From Verrucomicrobia subdivision 6 bacterium (GTDB lineage: Bacteria; Verrucomicrobiota; Verrucomicrobiia; Methylacidiphilales; Verrucolacustridaceae): 62,417 nucleotides of DNA. The notes beneath the pieces are model-generated. The model ran no database searches. It was given only the letters and a program-made list of their open reading frames with translations, and was not told where the DNA came from. Positions 30,142-41,100 of this stretch are shown one piece after another. The position numbers were made by a program, and so were the translations under genes. The stretch spans positions 1-62,417 of the forward strand of contig CANEUY010000001.1 in NCBI GenBank assembly GCA_947442065.1. The letters are read 5' to 3'. Within the stretch, counting starts at the first letter, position 1; the number at the start of each line of letters is the position of its first letter.

Positions 30142-31273
30142 ATGACCCTGCCGGCCGAAACAATCGATCTCGCCTCCGTGAACTCCCGCTTGCGGGAGTT
30201 ACGGAGGTTTCTTTGACCCGGCAAAATTAGAAGGGCAGTTAAAGGAGTTGGAGGGGCGGATGTCTGCCCCGGATTTCTGGAACGATTCGACAAAAGCCCA
30301 AAAGATCGCCGCGGAAGCCAATGCTTTGCGGAAGAAACTGGATCAGATGAAGGAGTTGGAGCGGAAGATCGCTGATTTGCCGGTGCACCAAGAGTTGGCT
30401 GAGGAAGATGGAAGTCCGACCGCTCAGGCCGATTATGCCCGGGAACTGCGTGAGGGAGTGGCGATGTTGGAGCAGACCGAGGTTCAGTTCATTCTTTCCC
30501 AACCGGATGATCGCCGGAACGCGATTCTGAGCCTTAATGCAGGAGCGGGAGGAACGGAGGCGTGTGACTGGGCGAATATTCTCATGCGGATGTATCAGAG
30601 GTGGGCCGAACGACGCGGTTTTAAGGTCGAGGTGCTGGATATTTTGTCGGGGGAGGAGGCGGGAATTAAAAACGCCATGCTTCGGATTTCCGGGGAAAAC
30701 GCGTATGGGTATTTGAAGGCAGACCGGGGGGTTCATCGGTTGGTACGAATCTCTCCCTTTAATTCACAGGGGAAGCGGCAGACGTCCTTCGCATCCGCGG
30801 AAATCGTTCCCGAGCCGGATGAGGAGGTGGAGGTGGAAATTCCGGATAAGGATGTCCGGGTCGATGTGTTCCGCGCGGGGGGGCACGGCGGGCAGGGAGT
30901 AAATACGACCGATTCGGCAGTTCGGATTACCCACTTTCCCACGGGATTGGTGGTGACCTGTCAGAATGAAAGATCCCAGATCAAGAATCGTGCCACGGCG
31001 ATGAAGGTTCTGGCCGCGCGGATCAAGCAGGCGGAGTTGGATAAAAAAATGGCGGAACAGGAGCAGAATTATGCGGCAAAAGGTCAGATTGGGTGGGGTC
31101 ATCAGATCCGTTCCTACGTTCTGCAGCCGTATCAGATGGTGAAGGATCTGCGGACGGGGGAGCAGACGAGTGATGTGCAGGCGGTGCTGGATGGGGAGAT
31201 TGACCCCTTTCTGAATGCTTTTCTCAAGGGGAAAAAGAGAACAGGTCCGATTGAGGATGAGGAGGACGAATGA
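30142..31273 (+). CDS. prfB: Peptide chain release factor 2 with programmed +1 frameshift
   Basis: ATG 30142 encodes MTLPAETIDLASVNSRLRELRRFL ending CGG AGG TTT CTT TGA C (CTT at 30211-30213). The +1 frame continues into the ORF carrying the SPF and GGQ motifs. Confidence 0.95.
30203..30217 (+). promoter_or_regulatory. prfB +1 frameshift site (internal SD plus CTT TGA C)
   Basis: GGAGG-TTT-CTT-TGA-C matches the canonical RF2 autoregulatory cassette. Confidence 0.92.
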
Positions 31274-32052
31274 GCAATGGAAAAGATCGTTTGGCGGCGA
31301 TTCTGAGCAACAAGCGGAAGGAAGCGGAAGCCATCGAAGGGAAAAAGTCTGAGTTCCGAAAGCAGGCCCTTTTGCGAAACGATTTCCGTGGATTTCGATC
31401 CAATTTGTTCAAACCGGGGATGGTCACGGTGATTGCCGAATGCAAGGCGGCTTCACCGACCGCGGGGACGATTGCGGGAAAGTATGATCCGGTGGCCCAA
31501 GCCAAGTTGTATGAGCGGGGAGGGGCCGGGGCGGTTTCAGTTCTGACCGATCAGGAGTATTTCAAGGGTTGTTTGGAGGATATGAAGAAAGTCCGTTCGG
31601 AAGTCGCCCTTCCGGTTTTAAGGAAGGATTTTATTCTGACGGAGGCACAGGTCTACGAGAGCGTGGCTTCGGGGGCAGACGCCTTTCTTTTGATTGTCGC
31701 GGCGTTGACGGATGAGGAGTTGAAAAGACTCTATGAACTGGGCAGGACGCTGCAGTCGGATGTTTTGGTCGAGGTGCATGACTTGGCGGAGATGGATCGG
31801 GCCCTGGAGATTGATGCGGAGATCATTGGAATCAACAACCGAAACCTGCATACCTTTGAGGTGGATCTGAAAACAACTGCGGAGTTGGCCCCGGAAATCC
31901 CCTCGGATTGTCTTGGAATCAGCGAAAGCGGGATTCGAACCCGGGAGGATGTGGAATTTGTGAAGGAACAGGGGATCCACTGTCTTTTGATCGGGGAATC
32001 TTTGATGCGGGACGGGGACCCCGAGATGGCCCTGAAGCAATTGAGGGGATAA
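31270..32052 (+). CDS. trpC: Indole-3-glycerol phosphate synthase
   Basis: VIAECKAASP, SVLTD, LRKDFI, IIGINNRNL and SESGI. Confidence 0.95.
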   Translation: MSNGKDRLAAILSNKRKEAEAIEGKKSEFRKQALLRNDFRGFRSNLFKPGMVTVIAECKAASPTAGTIAGKYDPVAQAKLYERGGAGAVSVLTDQEYFKGCLEDMKKVRSEVALPVLRKDFILTEAQVYESVASGADAFLLIVAALTDEELKRLYELGRTLQSDVLVEVHDLAEMDRALEIDAEIIGINNRNLHTFEVDLKTTAELAPEIPSDCLGISESGIRTREDVEFVKEQGIHCLLIGESLMRDGDPEMALKQLRG

Positions 32053-32117
32053 CCATTCTCCATTCCTGGGGAAGTAGTGGGGTTTCTTCGGGACGGGTTT
32101 TGGGGTAGAGTCGTTGG

Positions 32118-33326
32118 ATGAGTACGAAGAGCGAATATCTTCCTGTGCCCGATGCCTCGGGGCATTTCGGGGCGTATGGGGGGAGGTATGTTCCGGAGAC
32201 CTTGGTGGCCCCCTTGGAGGAGTTGGCGGCAGAGTTTGCGAAAGCACAGAAGGATCCGGCCTTTTTGCATGAACTCAAAGAGATGCGCCGTGATTTTACC
32301 GGTCGTCCGACCCCGCTTTATTTTGCTGAACGACTGACCCAACATTGCGGGGGCGCAAAGATCTATTTGAAGCGGGAGGACCTGCTTCATACCGGGGCGC
32401 ATAAAATCAATAATGCCCTCGGCCAAGTGATTCTGGCCCGACGGATGGGAAAGAGGCGGATTATTGCCGAGACGGGGGCGGGTCAACACGGGGTGGCGAC
32501 CGCGACGATGGCGGCCCGATATGGGATGGAATGCGTGATTTACATGGGTGAGGAGGACATGCGGCGCCAGGCCTTGAACGTGACCCGGATGAGGCTTTTG
32601 GGGGCGAAAGTTGTGGGGGTGACGGCCGGTCAAAAGACACTCAAAGAGGCGGTGAATGAGGCGATGCGGGATTGGGTGACGAACGTGAGGACGACTCATT
32701 ATGTCCTTGGTACGGCTTATGGGGCGCACCCGTATCCCTATATGGTTCGGGAATTTCATCGGGTGATGGGGGAGGAGGCGCGAGCCCAGTTGATGGAGCG
32801 TGAGGAAAAGTTACCGGATGTGATCTGTGCCTGTGTGGGTGGGGGAAGCAATGCGATCGGCATCTTCTATGCCTTTCTCAACGACTTGAATGTTCGACTT
32901 GTGGGAGTGGAGGCGGGAGGGGAAGGAATCAAGCCCGGAAGACATGCCGCTCGTTTTCAGGGGGGGAAGTTGGGGGTGTTGCAGGGTTCGAAATCGTTTT
33001 TGTTGCAGAATGCAGATGGGCAGATCGAGTCGACCCACTCGGTTTCGGCCGGGTTGGATTATGCCGCAGTTGGGCCGGAGCATTGTCATTTAAGGGAGAT
33101 CGGAAGGGCCGAGTATACCTATGCGACCGATGACGAGGCCCTAGATGCCTTTTCCACCTTGGGGAAGATTGAGGGAATCCTGCCGGCCTTGGAGACGGCC
33201 CATGGGCTGGCCTTTGCCATGAAGGAGGCCCCCAAGTTGAAAAAGGATCAGATCATTCTGGTGAATCTTTCGGGTCGGGGAGACAAGGACGTCAACGAAG
33301 CCGCCCGCTTTTTATTGAAGAGTTAA
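32118..33326 (+). CDS. trpB: Tryptophan synthase beta chain
   Basis: [38 protein letters not shown] and NLSGRGDKD. Confidence 0.97.
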   Translation: MSTKSEYLPVPDASGHFGAYGGRYVPETLVAPLEELAAEFAKAQKDPAFLHELKEMRRDFTGRPTPLYFAERLTQHCGGAKIYLKREDLLHTGAHKINNALGQVILARRMGKRRIIAETGAGQHGVATATMAARYGMECVIYMGEEDMRRQALNVTRMRLLGAKVVGVTAGQKTLKEAVNEAMRDWVTNVRTTHYVLGTAYGAHPYPYMVREFHRVMGEEARAQLMEREEKLPDVICACVGGGSNAIGIFYAFLNDLNVRLVGVEAGGEGIKPGRHAARFQGGKLGVLQGSKSFLLQNADGQIESTHSVSAGLDYAAVGPEHCHLREIGRAEYTYATDDEALDAFSTLGKIEGILPALETAHGLAFAMKEAPKLKKDQIILVNLSGRGDKDVNEAARFLLKS

Positions 33327-33364
33327 GTCAGGGCTACTGCCCGTGGAGGGCAGTTGTACAGAAA

Positions 33365-34315
33365 TCATATCCCGAGAATGGTCTCTGCGTTTGTGAAGAA
33401 CCGGCAAATCATCAAACGGGCGATTCTGCGTCCGCGGGTTGAAAGTTGGACGAGGGTAGGGCCATTCGTGATCGGGATGGAAAGAGTGAGGGCCACTCCG
33501 ATCCGATAATCCCGCCATGCATCTGAAAGATTGTAACCGCGGACGCCCCCTTGCCGCAGAGTTTGATGCCAGACACCCACGAGTTTCTGTTGATCCCGCG
33601 CCGTGAGGGGACGGGCAGAGCTCCCTCCGATCACCCGAGCTAGATCAAAGGCGCCTAAGCCGCGGGCGGCGATCTGCCAATCGACGATGAAAACCTTGGA
33701 TCGAACGAAGAGTAGGTTGTCGGCGCGAAGATCGCCGTGGACCAGGGTGATGGGGCGCTTCTTGGTCTGACGAAGGGCTTGGGTAACCGAAGGAAGGAAA
33801 TATTGAATTCGTTTCATATCCTTTTTCGTTAAAAGGCACCCGCAGTGCTTAAAAAATGCTTGGGCATGCTTGCGGGTCTCGTGGGCTCGATTGTAGTGGT
33901 GAAGAGGAAGGGCCTTGCTCTTGTGTAGTTGAGTGGAATTCCAGAATCTTGCATGAACAGTCCCGATGGATTTCGCCACGGTGGATAATTCCTTAAAGGA
34001 AAGTCCTTGGACCTGGTCTACGGAGCGGGCGGGGTTGATCTCCTGGAGTAGGAGTAAACCATCGGACCCATCGGGAACAGAGGCTGAAACCATGCAGCGG
34101 GGAACATATTTTCCACCCAAGGGCTGGAGGAGTTGATAGGCGAGGATTTCACGCTGGAAGGAGCGGATGTGGCGTGAAAATGTTCGGGCGACGGGGTGAT
34201 CGGACCCGACTTTTAGGATGTATTTCCGGGGGTCGCCGTTCCGTGTTGCGTGGAAGGTCTGGCTCAGGAATCCGGTGCTCTTCGTGGGATAAAGAAGGAA
34301 GCGGGTATTTTTCAA
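33365..34315 (-). CDS. Small-molecule kinase of the APH/choline kinase/EcKL-like fold
   Basis: Catalytic loop LVHGDLRADNLLF, metal-binding IVDWQ and FQREILAY. TTG start overlaps the upstream stop. Confidence 0.8.
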   Translation of the reverse strand: MKNTRFLLYPTKSTGFLSQTFHATRNGDPRKYILKVGSDHPVARTFSRHIRSFQREILAYQLLQPLGGKYVPRCMVSASVPDGSDGLLLLQEINPARSVDQVQGLSFKELSTVAKSIGTVHARFWNSTQLHKSKALPLHHYNRAHETRKHAQAFFKHCGCLLTKKDMKRIQYFLPSVTQALRQTKKRPITLVHGDLRADNLLFVRSKVFIVDWQIAARGLGAFDLARVIGGSSARPLTARDQQKLVGVWHQTLRQGGVRGYNLSDAWRDYRIGVALTLSIPITNGPTLVQLSTRGRRIARLMICRFFTNAETILGI

Positions 34316-35181
34316 GGATGGGTATTGGGGATTTTCAGGGTTTGCCCGGGCCGTAGGATGGAATTCGTTGCGAGTTGGTTGAGAGTGCGAATTTCGTCGG
34401 GGGATGCGCGCACCCCTTGTTTCGCAAGATCCCGCGAAATCCGAGTCAGTGTATCGCCAGTTTTCACCACATAAGGGGAGGAGATGCCTGGGGATTTGGT
34501 TTGGATTGTGGGGGCGGATTTTTCAGCAAGGGAGGGAGTTGGGTGGCCGGCTTTGATCAGAAGCGCCCGAAGTTTTTCGGATGGGGACGCGAAATTAAGC
34601 GACTGGCCGTCTTGTAAGAGAAAAGAGGCGATTCCCACCACACGCCCTTGGCTATCCAAAACGGGAGATCCGCTTGATCCTTGGGAGATGGGTGCGCTGA
34701 TTTGAAGGACATCCCGTTTTTCCTTTAACAGTCTTCGGCGGGCGGAAACGATTCCTTCCGTTAGAGTCCCCTCGAGCCCAAGCGGACTGCCGATCACCGC
34801 AATCCGGGTCCCCGCCTCCGCAGAACCTTCCGGAGCCAACGAAAGAAAGGGGAGATTTTTTCCTTCGATCTGCAGGAGGGCTAGGTCATTCGGCAAGTCT
34901 GTGCCCAAGACATGAACGACAGGAAACAAACCCCCATTTTCAGCCTTGGCAATGATGCTCTTGGCTTCTGCAATCACATGATGGTTGGTGACGAGTAGTC
35001 CATCCGGGGAAACCAAGAAGCCCGTACCTGAGCCAATCGTTTTTCCGTCTTCGTCCTGCAGGACCAGAAGATATACGGCTGGCCGGGTTTCTTTGGCAAG
35101 GGCGCGTAAATCCGGAATCTCCCCCGCAGGGGATGGAGCCGCCGTCCACAGAACGAAAAGGATTAAGCACCGAACGAGCAT
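34312..35181 (-). CDS. Secreted trypsin-like (S1C) serine protease with C-terminal LysM domain
   Basis: Signal peptide, GTGF..TNHHV, NDLALL, ISQGSSGSP, and the LysM YVVKTGDTLTRIS...N.L..NSILRPGQTLKIP. Confidence 0.88.
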   Translation of the reverse strand: MLVRCLILFVLWTAAPSPAGEIPDLRALAKETRPAVYLLVLQDEDGKTIGSGTGFLVSPDGLLVTNHHVIAEAKSIIAKAENGGLFPVVHVLGTDLPNDLALLQIEGKNLPFLSLAPEGSAEAGTRIAVIGSPLGLEGTLTEGIVSARRRLLKEKRDVLQISAPISQGSSGSPVLDSQGRVVGIASFLLQDGQSLNFASPSEKLRALLIKAGHPTPSLAEKSAPTIQTKSPGISSPYVVKTGDTLTRISRDLAKQGVRASPDEIRTLNQLATNSILRPGQTLKIPNTHP

Positions 35182-35271
35182 TTCATGAGTTAAGGGGAAG
35201 TCCGGTAAGAGGCGAGATCTTGTCGGGGATTGCGAGGGGGAGTCGGGTAGGGCATTCTTTTTAACAAGGGT

Positions 35272-38200
35272 ATGGGGAAATTTTTAAAATTCGTCTTTTC
35301 GGGGGTCGTTGGGGGGTTGGGATTGGTGGCGACGCTCTTGTTTCAGCCGCAGGTTTTTTGTGGAATCACCATCCCTTTGGCGGCCCGGGCGGGGGGGTGG
35401 AAGGCTAAGGCGGGGTATGCCTCACTTTCTCCCTTGGGCAAACTGGAAATTCAGGATTTGGAGGCGGTGGATGCCCAAAAGTCCCGTTTGGCCCTTGATT
35501 CCTTAAAACTGGTCATTGACCCTTCCAGTCTTTTTTTGGGTCATCCGGAGATCCTTCAGTTGGATTTGGAGCTCGGGATGATTGATTTGGAGATGGGCAA
35601 GGCCACCTCTACCGCAGGCTCTGGGCCCGTCGCGTTTCCCTTCACCCTGAGGGAGGCTTCGATCAAGATCACAGAAGGTCGGGTGCGAATGAATCGTGGA
35701 GCATGGATTTTGGGCGGAGTCGAAGCCCAAGCCAAAGGCTGGGATGGAAGGACGCCAAAGGAAATTCAGGCGAAGCTGAAAAAGTTGGATTGGAACGGCC
35801 CGGACAGGGAGGAGATGTCAGGATCCGCCGTGCTGCAAATTTCTAAAAACACGGATTCTTCCGGAGACCATTGGACTGGAGATCTGGTCGCCGATATTGC
35901 CACGGTGGTGGATCTGTCCCCCGCTGAGTTGATCGTGCCCTGCCGCTTCAAGCTCGAAGGCATGGCCACCCGTAAGGAATCCGGGGACTGGAAGATGGAT
36001 AAAATGCAGGGATCCTGGGAGGGGATCGGGGGAGTAAAGTTGAGCACCTCCGCCAGCGGCTTTTGGAATCAGTCAGGTGACTGGTCGGCGGATCTCCGTT
36101 TGGATCCCGTGGATCTTGGGATTGTCGGAACACTCCTGCAAAGCAAAGGAGTGAAGTCGGTGGGCGGCACATTGGGGGGTATGGTTCATCTTGAAGGGGG
36201 AGCGAAAAAAGCGATGGCGGGAAAGCTGAATCTCGATGGCGATCGAGTGCAGATCCTTTCTTTATCAGGACCGGTTTGGCCGGTTGCACCATCGGATTTT
36301 TCTGCCTCCATGGCGGGAGTCTGGAACTCGGGGGAAAGCTCCCTGAAAATTGAGGACCTCCAGATGATGCTCGGGCAAAAAGGGCAGCCTCAGGATTTGC
36401 AGGTCGGGTTGGATCGTCCGACGGTGTTTTCTTTTCAGAAAAAAGGAGAGATGGGGTCGAAAGAGCCGGCGGTTTTGCAATGGTCCTTGCGTGGCATGGA
36501 ATTGGCAGCGGTGGTTCCTTTGGTGGTCGCTCCAGGCAAGTTGAGGGTGAAAGGAGGGCAACTTTCCGTCAATGGGCGTGCCAAGATCCAAGGGACCGGG
36601 GTGGAGTTGACAGGTCGTTTGGAAAGCCGATCGATGAATGCCTCTGGAGCTTGGATCCGGGGTGATCTTCATGTCACGTCCGTCGCAGTGGATTTCCGGG
36701 GGAGCCTTCTGGGGACAGAAAAAATCCGACTAGAAGAGGGGGTTGTGACGGTGATGTGGGAGGGAGGTGACTCCACGGACCTGCAAACAAAACTGAAGGC
36801 CGAGTGGAATTGGACCAAGAAGGAGGGGTGGCTGATGAGCGACGGGGTGGCCGGCTTAGGAGGGTTGGGCCAGGCATGGTCCGGAGCAAAACTCTGGCCA
36901 CAGTCCGGTCAGGCCAACCTGCATCTGGAATTTTCCGGTAGTCTTGCGGAGCAAGGAACCGGACTGATTTCTCTCCGTCTGCAGAACATGAGTTGGCCGG
37001 GAGAAACAGGCAATCCATGGAAAGCACTCGCATCCTCGGAGTTGAAAAACATTTCCGGGAAATGGAGTCTGCCTGAAATCTCGATTCAGGCGGATCGCGG
37101 GGGGCAGGTTCTTCTGGATGGGCAGGGAACATTCGAATGGAGGCCCAGCCCGGGAGAGGGAAAGGGGAGATTGGAATTACGCCGTGCGGAATCCTCCCTT
37201 CTTGTCCCGATCCTAACGATTCTAACTCCGAATTGGAAATGGGAGGAGGCTTCGGGTGCGGGATGGTTTGAATACGAACGGCTGGCCCGGCAGGACACGG
37301 TGAAAGCTCAATTGCAGGGCGCCATTACAGTCGAGACCGGTTTGGCCGGCCAACCCAGACCGGTCGACTTTTCCATGGTGGAAGGAAATATCCAGGCCTC
37401 TTGGCCGTCGGTGGGTTCCGGAAAATTCTCCGTGGATCAGTTTGCACTGAAAGCCAAGCATCGAGATGGAACCGATGCGATCCAAGCTAGCCTGGATAAG
37501 CCGCTCCGATTGGAAAAAGTTGGGTCGGCAGAATGGAAACCGAGCGGACAGGAAGCGGCCTCGGGAGTAATACAGTACACGGGTTGGCCCATCGGCTTGT
37601 TGGGTCCGCTAATTTTTCCTCAAGCGAAAGAGACATCCATTTTGGGAACGATGTCGGGTTTTCTGAAGGTGCGGAGTGATCCAAAAAAGGGATTTCTGGA
37701 AGGGGAGGTCGACTTGCAGATCCCGGATCTGACGGTGGATTTGCCCGAAGTCCATTTGACGGATCATCAGGTCACCCTTCAGGCAGGAATCTCTCTTGGG
37801 GAGGATCAGCAGTTCATTATCCAAAAAGTGCAGTTGCAAGCACGGCAGGGGGGTCAGAACTGGGTCGATCTCGCAGCCAAAAAAGATGAACGCGGGGCTC
37901 TTGCGGTCACAGGTAAAATCAATCTGGCAACGGCCGCGCAAACCTTGTCCGGACTCTCCGGATGGGTGTCCGGGGGAAATCTGTTGCTTCGCGCCGAGTT
38001 GGCGGATCCAAAGGATGGATTGAGGAAAATGGGTTATAGCACGGAAATCACCCAACTCACCGGGAGTCTTGGCCTAAAAAAAGAGGTTTCACAAGTGGAG
38101 CTCAAGAGTCAGGGGATTTTGGAATGGAAAAACGGATTGCAATCACTATCGGAAGTTCAACTGACCGCCCGGGGAGGGATGGGAAATATTTCCATCAACA

Positions 38201-39576
38201 ATCTTTCGTGGAAAAAACAGGGGGCAGTGGCCTGGGAGAAGGGAAGGCTTTCCAGTGGATGGATTGCGTATGGGGTCGACCCATGGCTCGTGCCGAGTCG
38301 TTGGGTGGATGGCGATCTGGTTCTGGGATCGGGGTTTTGGCAACCCGAAGAATATGGAGGAAGCGGGGCGTTTGATGCCACTTTGCTGGAAGCCCGCCTA
38401 CAGAAAGACCCGAAGTTGGCGCCGGTTTCGGCGAGGGTGGGTGGAGATTTCGAATACGACAAACGGACGAAAAGCTTCACCTTGAAGGATGGTCGGATGC
38501 TTTTCACGGAATATCGCGACGACCCTATGGAGATTCCCTTATTGAGTTGGCGACCGGGTTCGATCAGCGCACAGCTCAAAGGCGGAGTTCTCGACCTAAG
38601 GGGGTTGCTCTCCCAAACGGAGGAGTTGTGGAATGCGAAACCGGATCCGAAAAATCCTCCCACAAAAAGCCAGCCCACCCGCGTCGAACTCTCGGCGGAT
38701 TTGGAGCAAATCATTGTGGACGAAGCAGCCGTCGGACCCGTGAAAGTGCCACGCTTCCGGTTTGGTCCCGATGGGATTCTTTTGGAACCCTCAACCGTGC
38801 AGGTGAAGGATGGATCGATCAGTGCTTCGGTATTGCAGTCTAGGCCAGGGGAACCGGTCCGGGCTCAAGTTGTGATGAACCGGTTTCCGCTTGGGGCAAT
38901 CTTGGGAAGCATGATTCAGGATGCGAAAGGACCGATTGGAGGTTGGATTAACCTCCAGTTAACAGCTCAGGCGGCAAATCCGACAGTAGACGAACTTCGG
39001 CGATCCCTCTCCGGGCAGGGTAGTTTCCGGCTCTATCAGGCCCATTTGGAGCGGTTGCCATCTTTGGCCAAAGCCCTCCACGGAGCGGGGGCCTTGCTGG
39101 GTTCGAGTTTTATTGCGGGAAGCGAGATCAACGATCTGGGGTCGAACTTCAGCCTTCAAGGGGAAAGGGTTAATATCCCCAATCTGCAGATCAGCGGAAC
39201 GGCTCTTTCTGCAAACCTGAGCGGTTGGTTGAACTGGTTTTCCCAGGTATTGGATTTTCAGTTGCGATTTGCTCTGACCAAAGAGGCTTTGCAGAGCAGC
39301 GGGCAGTTGCAGGGGGCGATGACGCAGTTGGTCGGCAATAGTAATGACTATTACACGAAAATTCCCGGCGATGCCCGAATTACCGGAACATTGAGTGACC
39401 CCAAGGTGCAGATGGACATTGGGAAAATGTTGGCGGAAGGAGGGATTAACCTTCTTTTGAATGCCCCGACCAACATTCTTCAGGGAACGGGGAATGCGGC
39501 GGGGGGTGCAGCGGGGGCGGTTACGCAACCCGCCAGCGCCATCCTGCAAGGGGTGGGGGGGCTCTTTAAGTGGTAA
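35272..39576 (+). CDS. Large AsmA-like envelope protein
   Basis: 1434 aa with one N-terminal TM anchor and a beta-rich body. The C-terminus (LSGQGSFRL...ITGTLSDPKV) resembles AsmA-like C-termini. Confidence 0.65.
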   Translation: MGKFLKFVFSGVVGGLGLVATLLFQPQVFCGITIPLAARAGGWKAKAGYASLSPLGKLEIQDLEAVDAQKSRLALDSLKLVIDPSSLFLGHPEILQLDLELGMIDLEMGKATSTAGSGPVAFPFTLREASIKITEGRVRMNRGAWILGGVEAQAKGWDGRTPKEIQAKLKKLDWNGPDREEMSGSAVLQISKNTDSSGDHWTGDLVADIATVVDLSPAELIVPCRFKLEGMATRKESGDWKMDKMQGSWEGIGGVKLSTSASGFWNQSGDWSADLRLDPVDLGIVGTLLQSKGVKSVGGTLGGMVHLEGGAKKAMAGKLNLDGDRVQILSLSGPVWPVAPSDFSASMAGVWNSGESSLKIEDLQMMLGQKGQPQDLQVGLDRPTVFSFQKKGEMGSKEPAVLQWSLRGMELAAVVPLVVAPGKLRVKGGQLSVNGRAKIQGTGVELTGRLESRSMNASGAWIRGDLHVTSVAVDFRGSLLGTEKIRLEEGVVTVMWEGGDSTDLQTKLKAEWNWTKKEGWLMSDGVAGLGGLGQAWSGAKLWPQSGQANLHLEFSGSLAEQGTGLISLRLQNMSWPGETGNPWKALASSELKNISGKWSLPEISIQADRGGQVLLDGQGTFEWRPSPGEGKGRLELRRAESSLLVPILTILTPNWKWEEASGAGWFEYERLARQDTVKAQLQGAITVETGLAGQPRPVDFSMVEGNIQASWPSVGSGKFSVDQFALKAKHRDGTDAIQASLDKPLRLEKVGSAEWKPSGQEAASGVIQYTGWPIGLLGPLIFPQAKETSILGTMSGFLKVRSDPKKGFLEGEVDLQIPDLTVDLPEVHLTDHQVTLQAGISLGEDQQFIIQKVQLQARQGGQNWVDLAAKKDERGALAVTGKINLATAAQTLSGLSGWVSGGNLLLRAELADPKDGLRKMGYSTEITQLTGSLGLKKEVSQVELKSQGILEWKNGLQSLSEVQLTARGGMGNISINNLSWKKQGAVAWEKGRLSSGWIAYGVDPWLVPSRWVDGDLVLGSGFWQPEEYGGSGAFDATLLEARLQKDPKLAPVSARVGGDFEYDKRTKSFTLKDGRMLFTEYRDDPMEIPLLSWRPGSISAQLKGGVLDLRGLLSQTEELWNAKPDPKNPPTKSQPTRVELSADLEQIIVDEAAVGPVKVPRFRFGPDGILLEPSTVQVKDGSISASVLQSRPGEPVRAQVVMNRFPLGAILGSMIQDAKGPIGGWINLQLTAQAANPTVDELRRSLSGQGSFRLYQAHLERLPSLAKALHGAGALLGSSFIAGSEINDLGSNFSLQGERVNIPNLQISGTALSANLSGWLNWFSQVLDFQLRFALTKEALQSSGQLQGAMTQLVGNSNDYYTKIPGDARITGTLSDPKVQMDIGKMLAEGGINLLLNAPTNILQGTGNAAGGAAGAVTQPASAILQGVGGLFKW

Positions 39577-39582
39577 TCGGTT

Positions 39583-39611
39583 TTGAGTCGCGGAAGGTTT
39601 CCCTTTAGGGT
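39583..39611 (+). promoter_or_regulatory. Sigma-70-type promoter for the yicC-gmk-coaC-acs operon, probably leaderless
   Basis: TTGAGT, 17-nt spacer, TAGGGT, then ATG 6 nt later. Confidence 0.5.
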
Positions 39612-39617
39612 TTTCAG

Positions 39618-40493
39618 ATGCGCAGCATGACTGGCTTTGGATCGGTGCAGGTATCGGCCGCGCATGCCCGGATTCGAATCGAGATTTCTTCCGTTAACAA
39701 AAGGGGGCTGGAGATCATTGTTTTTGCCGGTGGAGACCTCGCCCGCTTGGAGCGACAAATACGGGAGGAGGTCGGCGAGACGGTGAATCGGGGAAAGGTC
39801 ACAGTGTCTTTGCAAATGGAATCCTCTTCGCTTCAAAACGGGAGAAGTTTGGACCTCCGGAAAGCAGCTTCCTATGCGGCGCAACTCAAGGTAGCCGGTC
39901 GTAAACTGGGGGTGAACGGTTCTCCCTCTTGGTCGGATTTGCTGGGTTTGCCCGGGGTGTTGGTTCATTCATCGGCAACCGTTTCGCCTTCGGATGACCG
40001 AAAAATTCTGACTGGGGTAAGGAGCGCTTTGCAAAAGATGGTTCAATCCAGGGAAAGGGAGGGGCAACATATGGTGCGGGGGCTTCGGATCCATTTGAAA
40101 AAGATGGAAGGGATCCGTGGCCGGATGGAAAAAGCAGCCTCCGAAATGAGAAAAAAACAGGGACAAAGAATCTGCGCCCGGATTCAGGAGTTGGCAGGGG
40201 AAGCCGGGGTTGTGTTGGAGCCCGAACGGATCATTCGGGAGGTTGCTTCGGCTGCGGATCGTGGGGATGTGACGGAAGAGATGGGCCGAATCCGGGCGCA
40301 TCTCTTGGAAGCGGGTGGACTGGTTTCCACCAGGGCCCCCGGGGGAAGGACGCTGGAATTTCTGATTCAAGAATTGCAGAGGGAAGTGAACACTGTGGGG
40401 TCTAAATCCGGGGAACTTGTTCTGACCCGGTTGGCGATTGATTTTAAGTCGGAACTGGAAAAACTCCGGGAACAGGCGGCCAATCTTGAATAA
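39618..40493 (+). CDS. yicC: YicC/YloC-family endoribonuclease
   Basis: MRSMTGFG, SVNKRGLE, REREG, DVTEE and GRTLEFLIQELQREVNTVGSK. Confidence 0.92.
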   Translation: MRSMTGFGSVQVSAAHARIRIEISSVNKRGLEIIVFAGGDLARLERQIREEVGETVNRGKVTVSLQMESSSLQNGRSLDLRKAASYAAQLKVAGRKLGVNGSPSWSDLLGLPGVLVHSSATVSPSDDRKILTGVRSALQKMVQSREREGQHMVRGLRIHLKKMEGIRGRMEKAASEMRKKQGQRICARIQELAGEAGVVLEPERIIREVASAADRGDVTEEMGRIRAHLLEAGGLVSTRAPGGRTLEFLIQELQREVNTVGSKSGELVLTRLAIDFKSELEKLREQAANLE

Positions 40494-41100
40494 TTTCACC
40501 CGCTCCGGAATTCTTTTTGTGGTTTCTGCTCCTTCCGGAACGGGGAAAACCACCTTATGCACGAGCGTCCGGCAAACCCCGGATCTGGTTTATTCGGTCA
40601 GTTGCACCACCCGTCCGATCCGGACAGGGGAAAAAGACGGGGTCGATTATTTTTTCCTGACCCCATCCGAATTCGCGAAAAAAATGAAAGAGGGTGAGAT
40701 GCTGGAAACGGCGGATGTTTATGGGCATTTGTACGGCACACCGAAGGGGCCGGTTCTTGAGCATTTGGCGTCCGGGCGAGACGTCCTGCTGGATATCGAT
40801 GTCCAGGGGGCGCGGCAGGTTCGATCGAACCAAGATGGAAAAATCAAAGAGGCTTTGGCGGATATTTTCATCATGCCGCCTGATTTGGAGGAGTTGAAGC
40901 GGAGGCTGGAGGGGCGGGGAACAGAGGATGCCCATCAAATTGCAAAACGGATCAAGGCAGCCGACGCCGAGATGGCGGACTGGAAGAGTTACCGGTACAC
41001 AATCTTGAGTAGTTCGATGGAGGAGGATTTGATCAAATTCCGTGCCATTATCCGAGCGGAACGGTATTTGAGCCGGAGGTTGAATCTCCAGCATGGCTGA
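40486..41100 (+). CDS. gmk: Guanylate kinase
   Basis: VVSAPSGTGKTT, SVSCTTRPIR.GEKDGVDYFF, YGT and DIDVQGA. Probable TTG start at 40486. Confidence 0.95.
   Translation: MNNFTRSGILFVVSAPSGTGKTTLCTSVRQTPDLVYSVSCTTRPIRTGEKDGVDYFFLTPSEFAKKMKEGEMLETADVYGHLYGTPKGPVLEHLASGRDVLLDIDVQGARQVRSNQDGKIKEALADIFIMPPDLEELKRRLEGRGTEDAHQIAKRIKAADAEMADWKSYRYTILSSSMEEDLIKFRAIIRAERYLSRRLNLQHG

Noticed and set aside
35272-39576. AsmA-like protein as a dedicated hopanoid or carotenoid transporter
   Set aside because: It is not adjacent to or co-transcribed with either lipid cluster, so the sequence gives no support.
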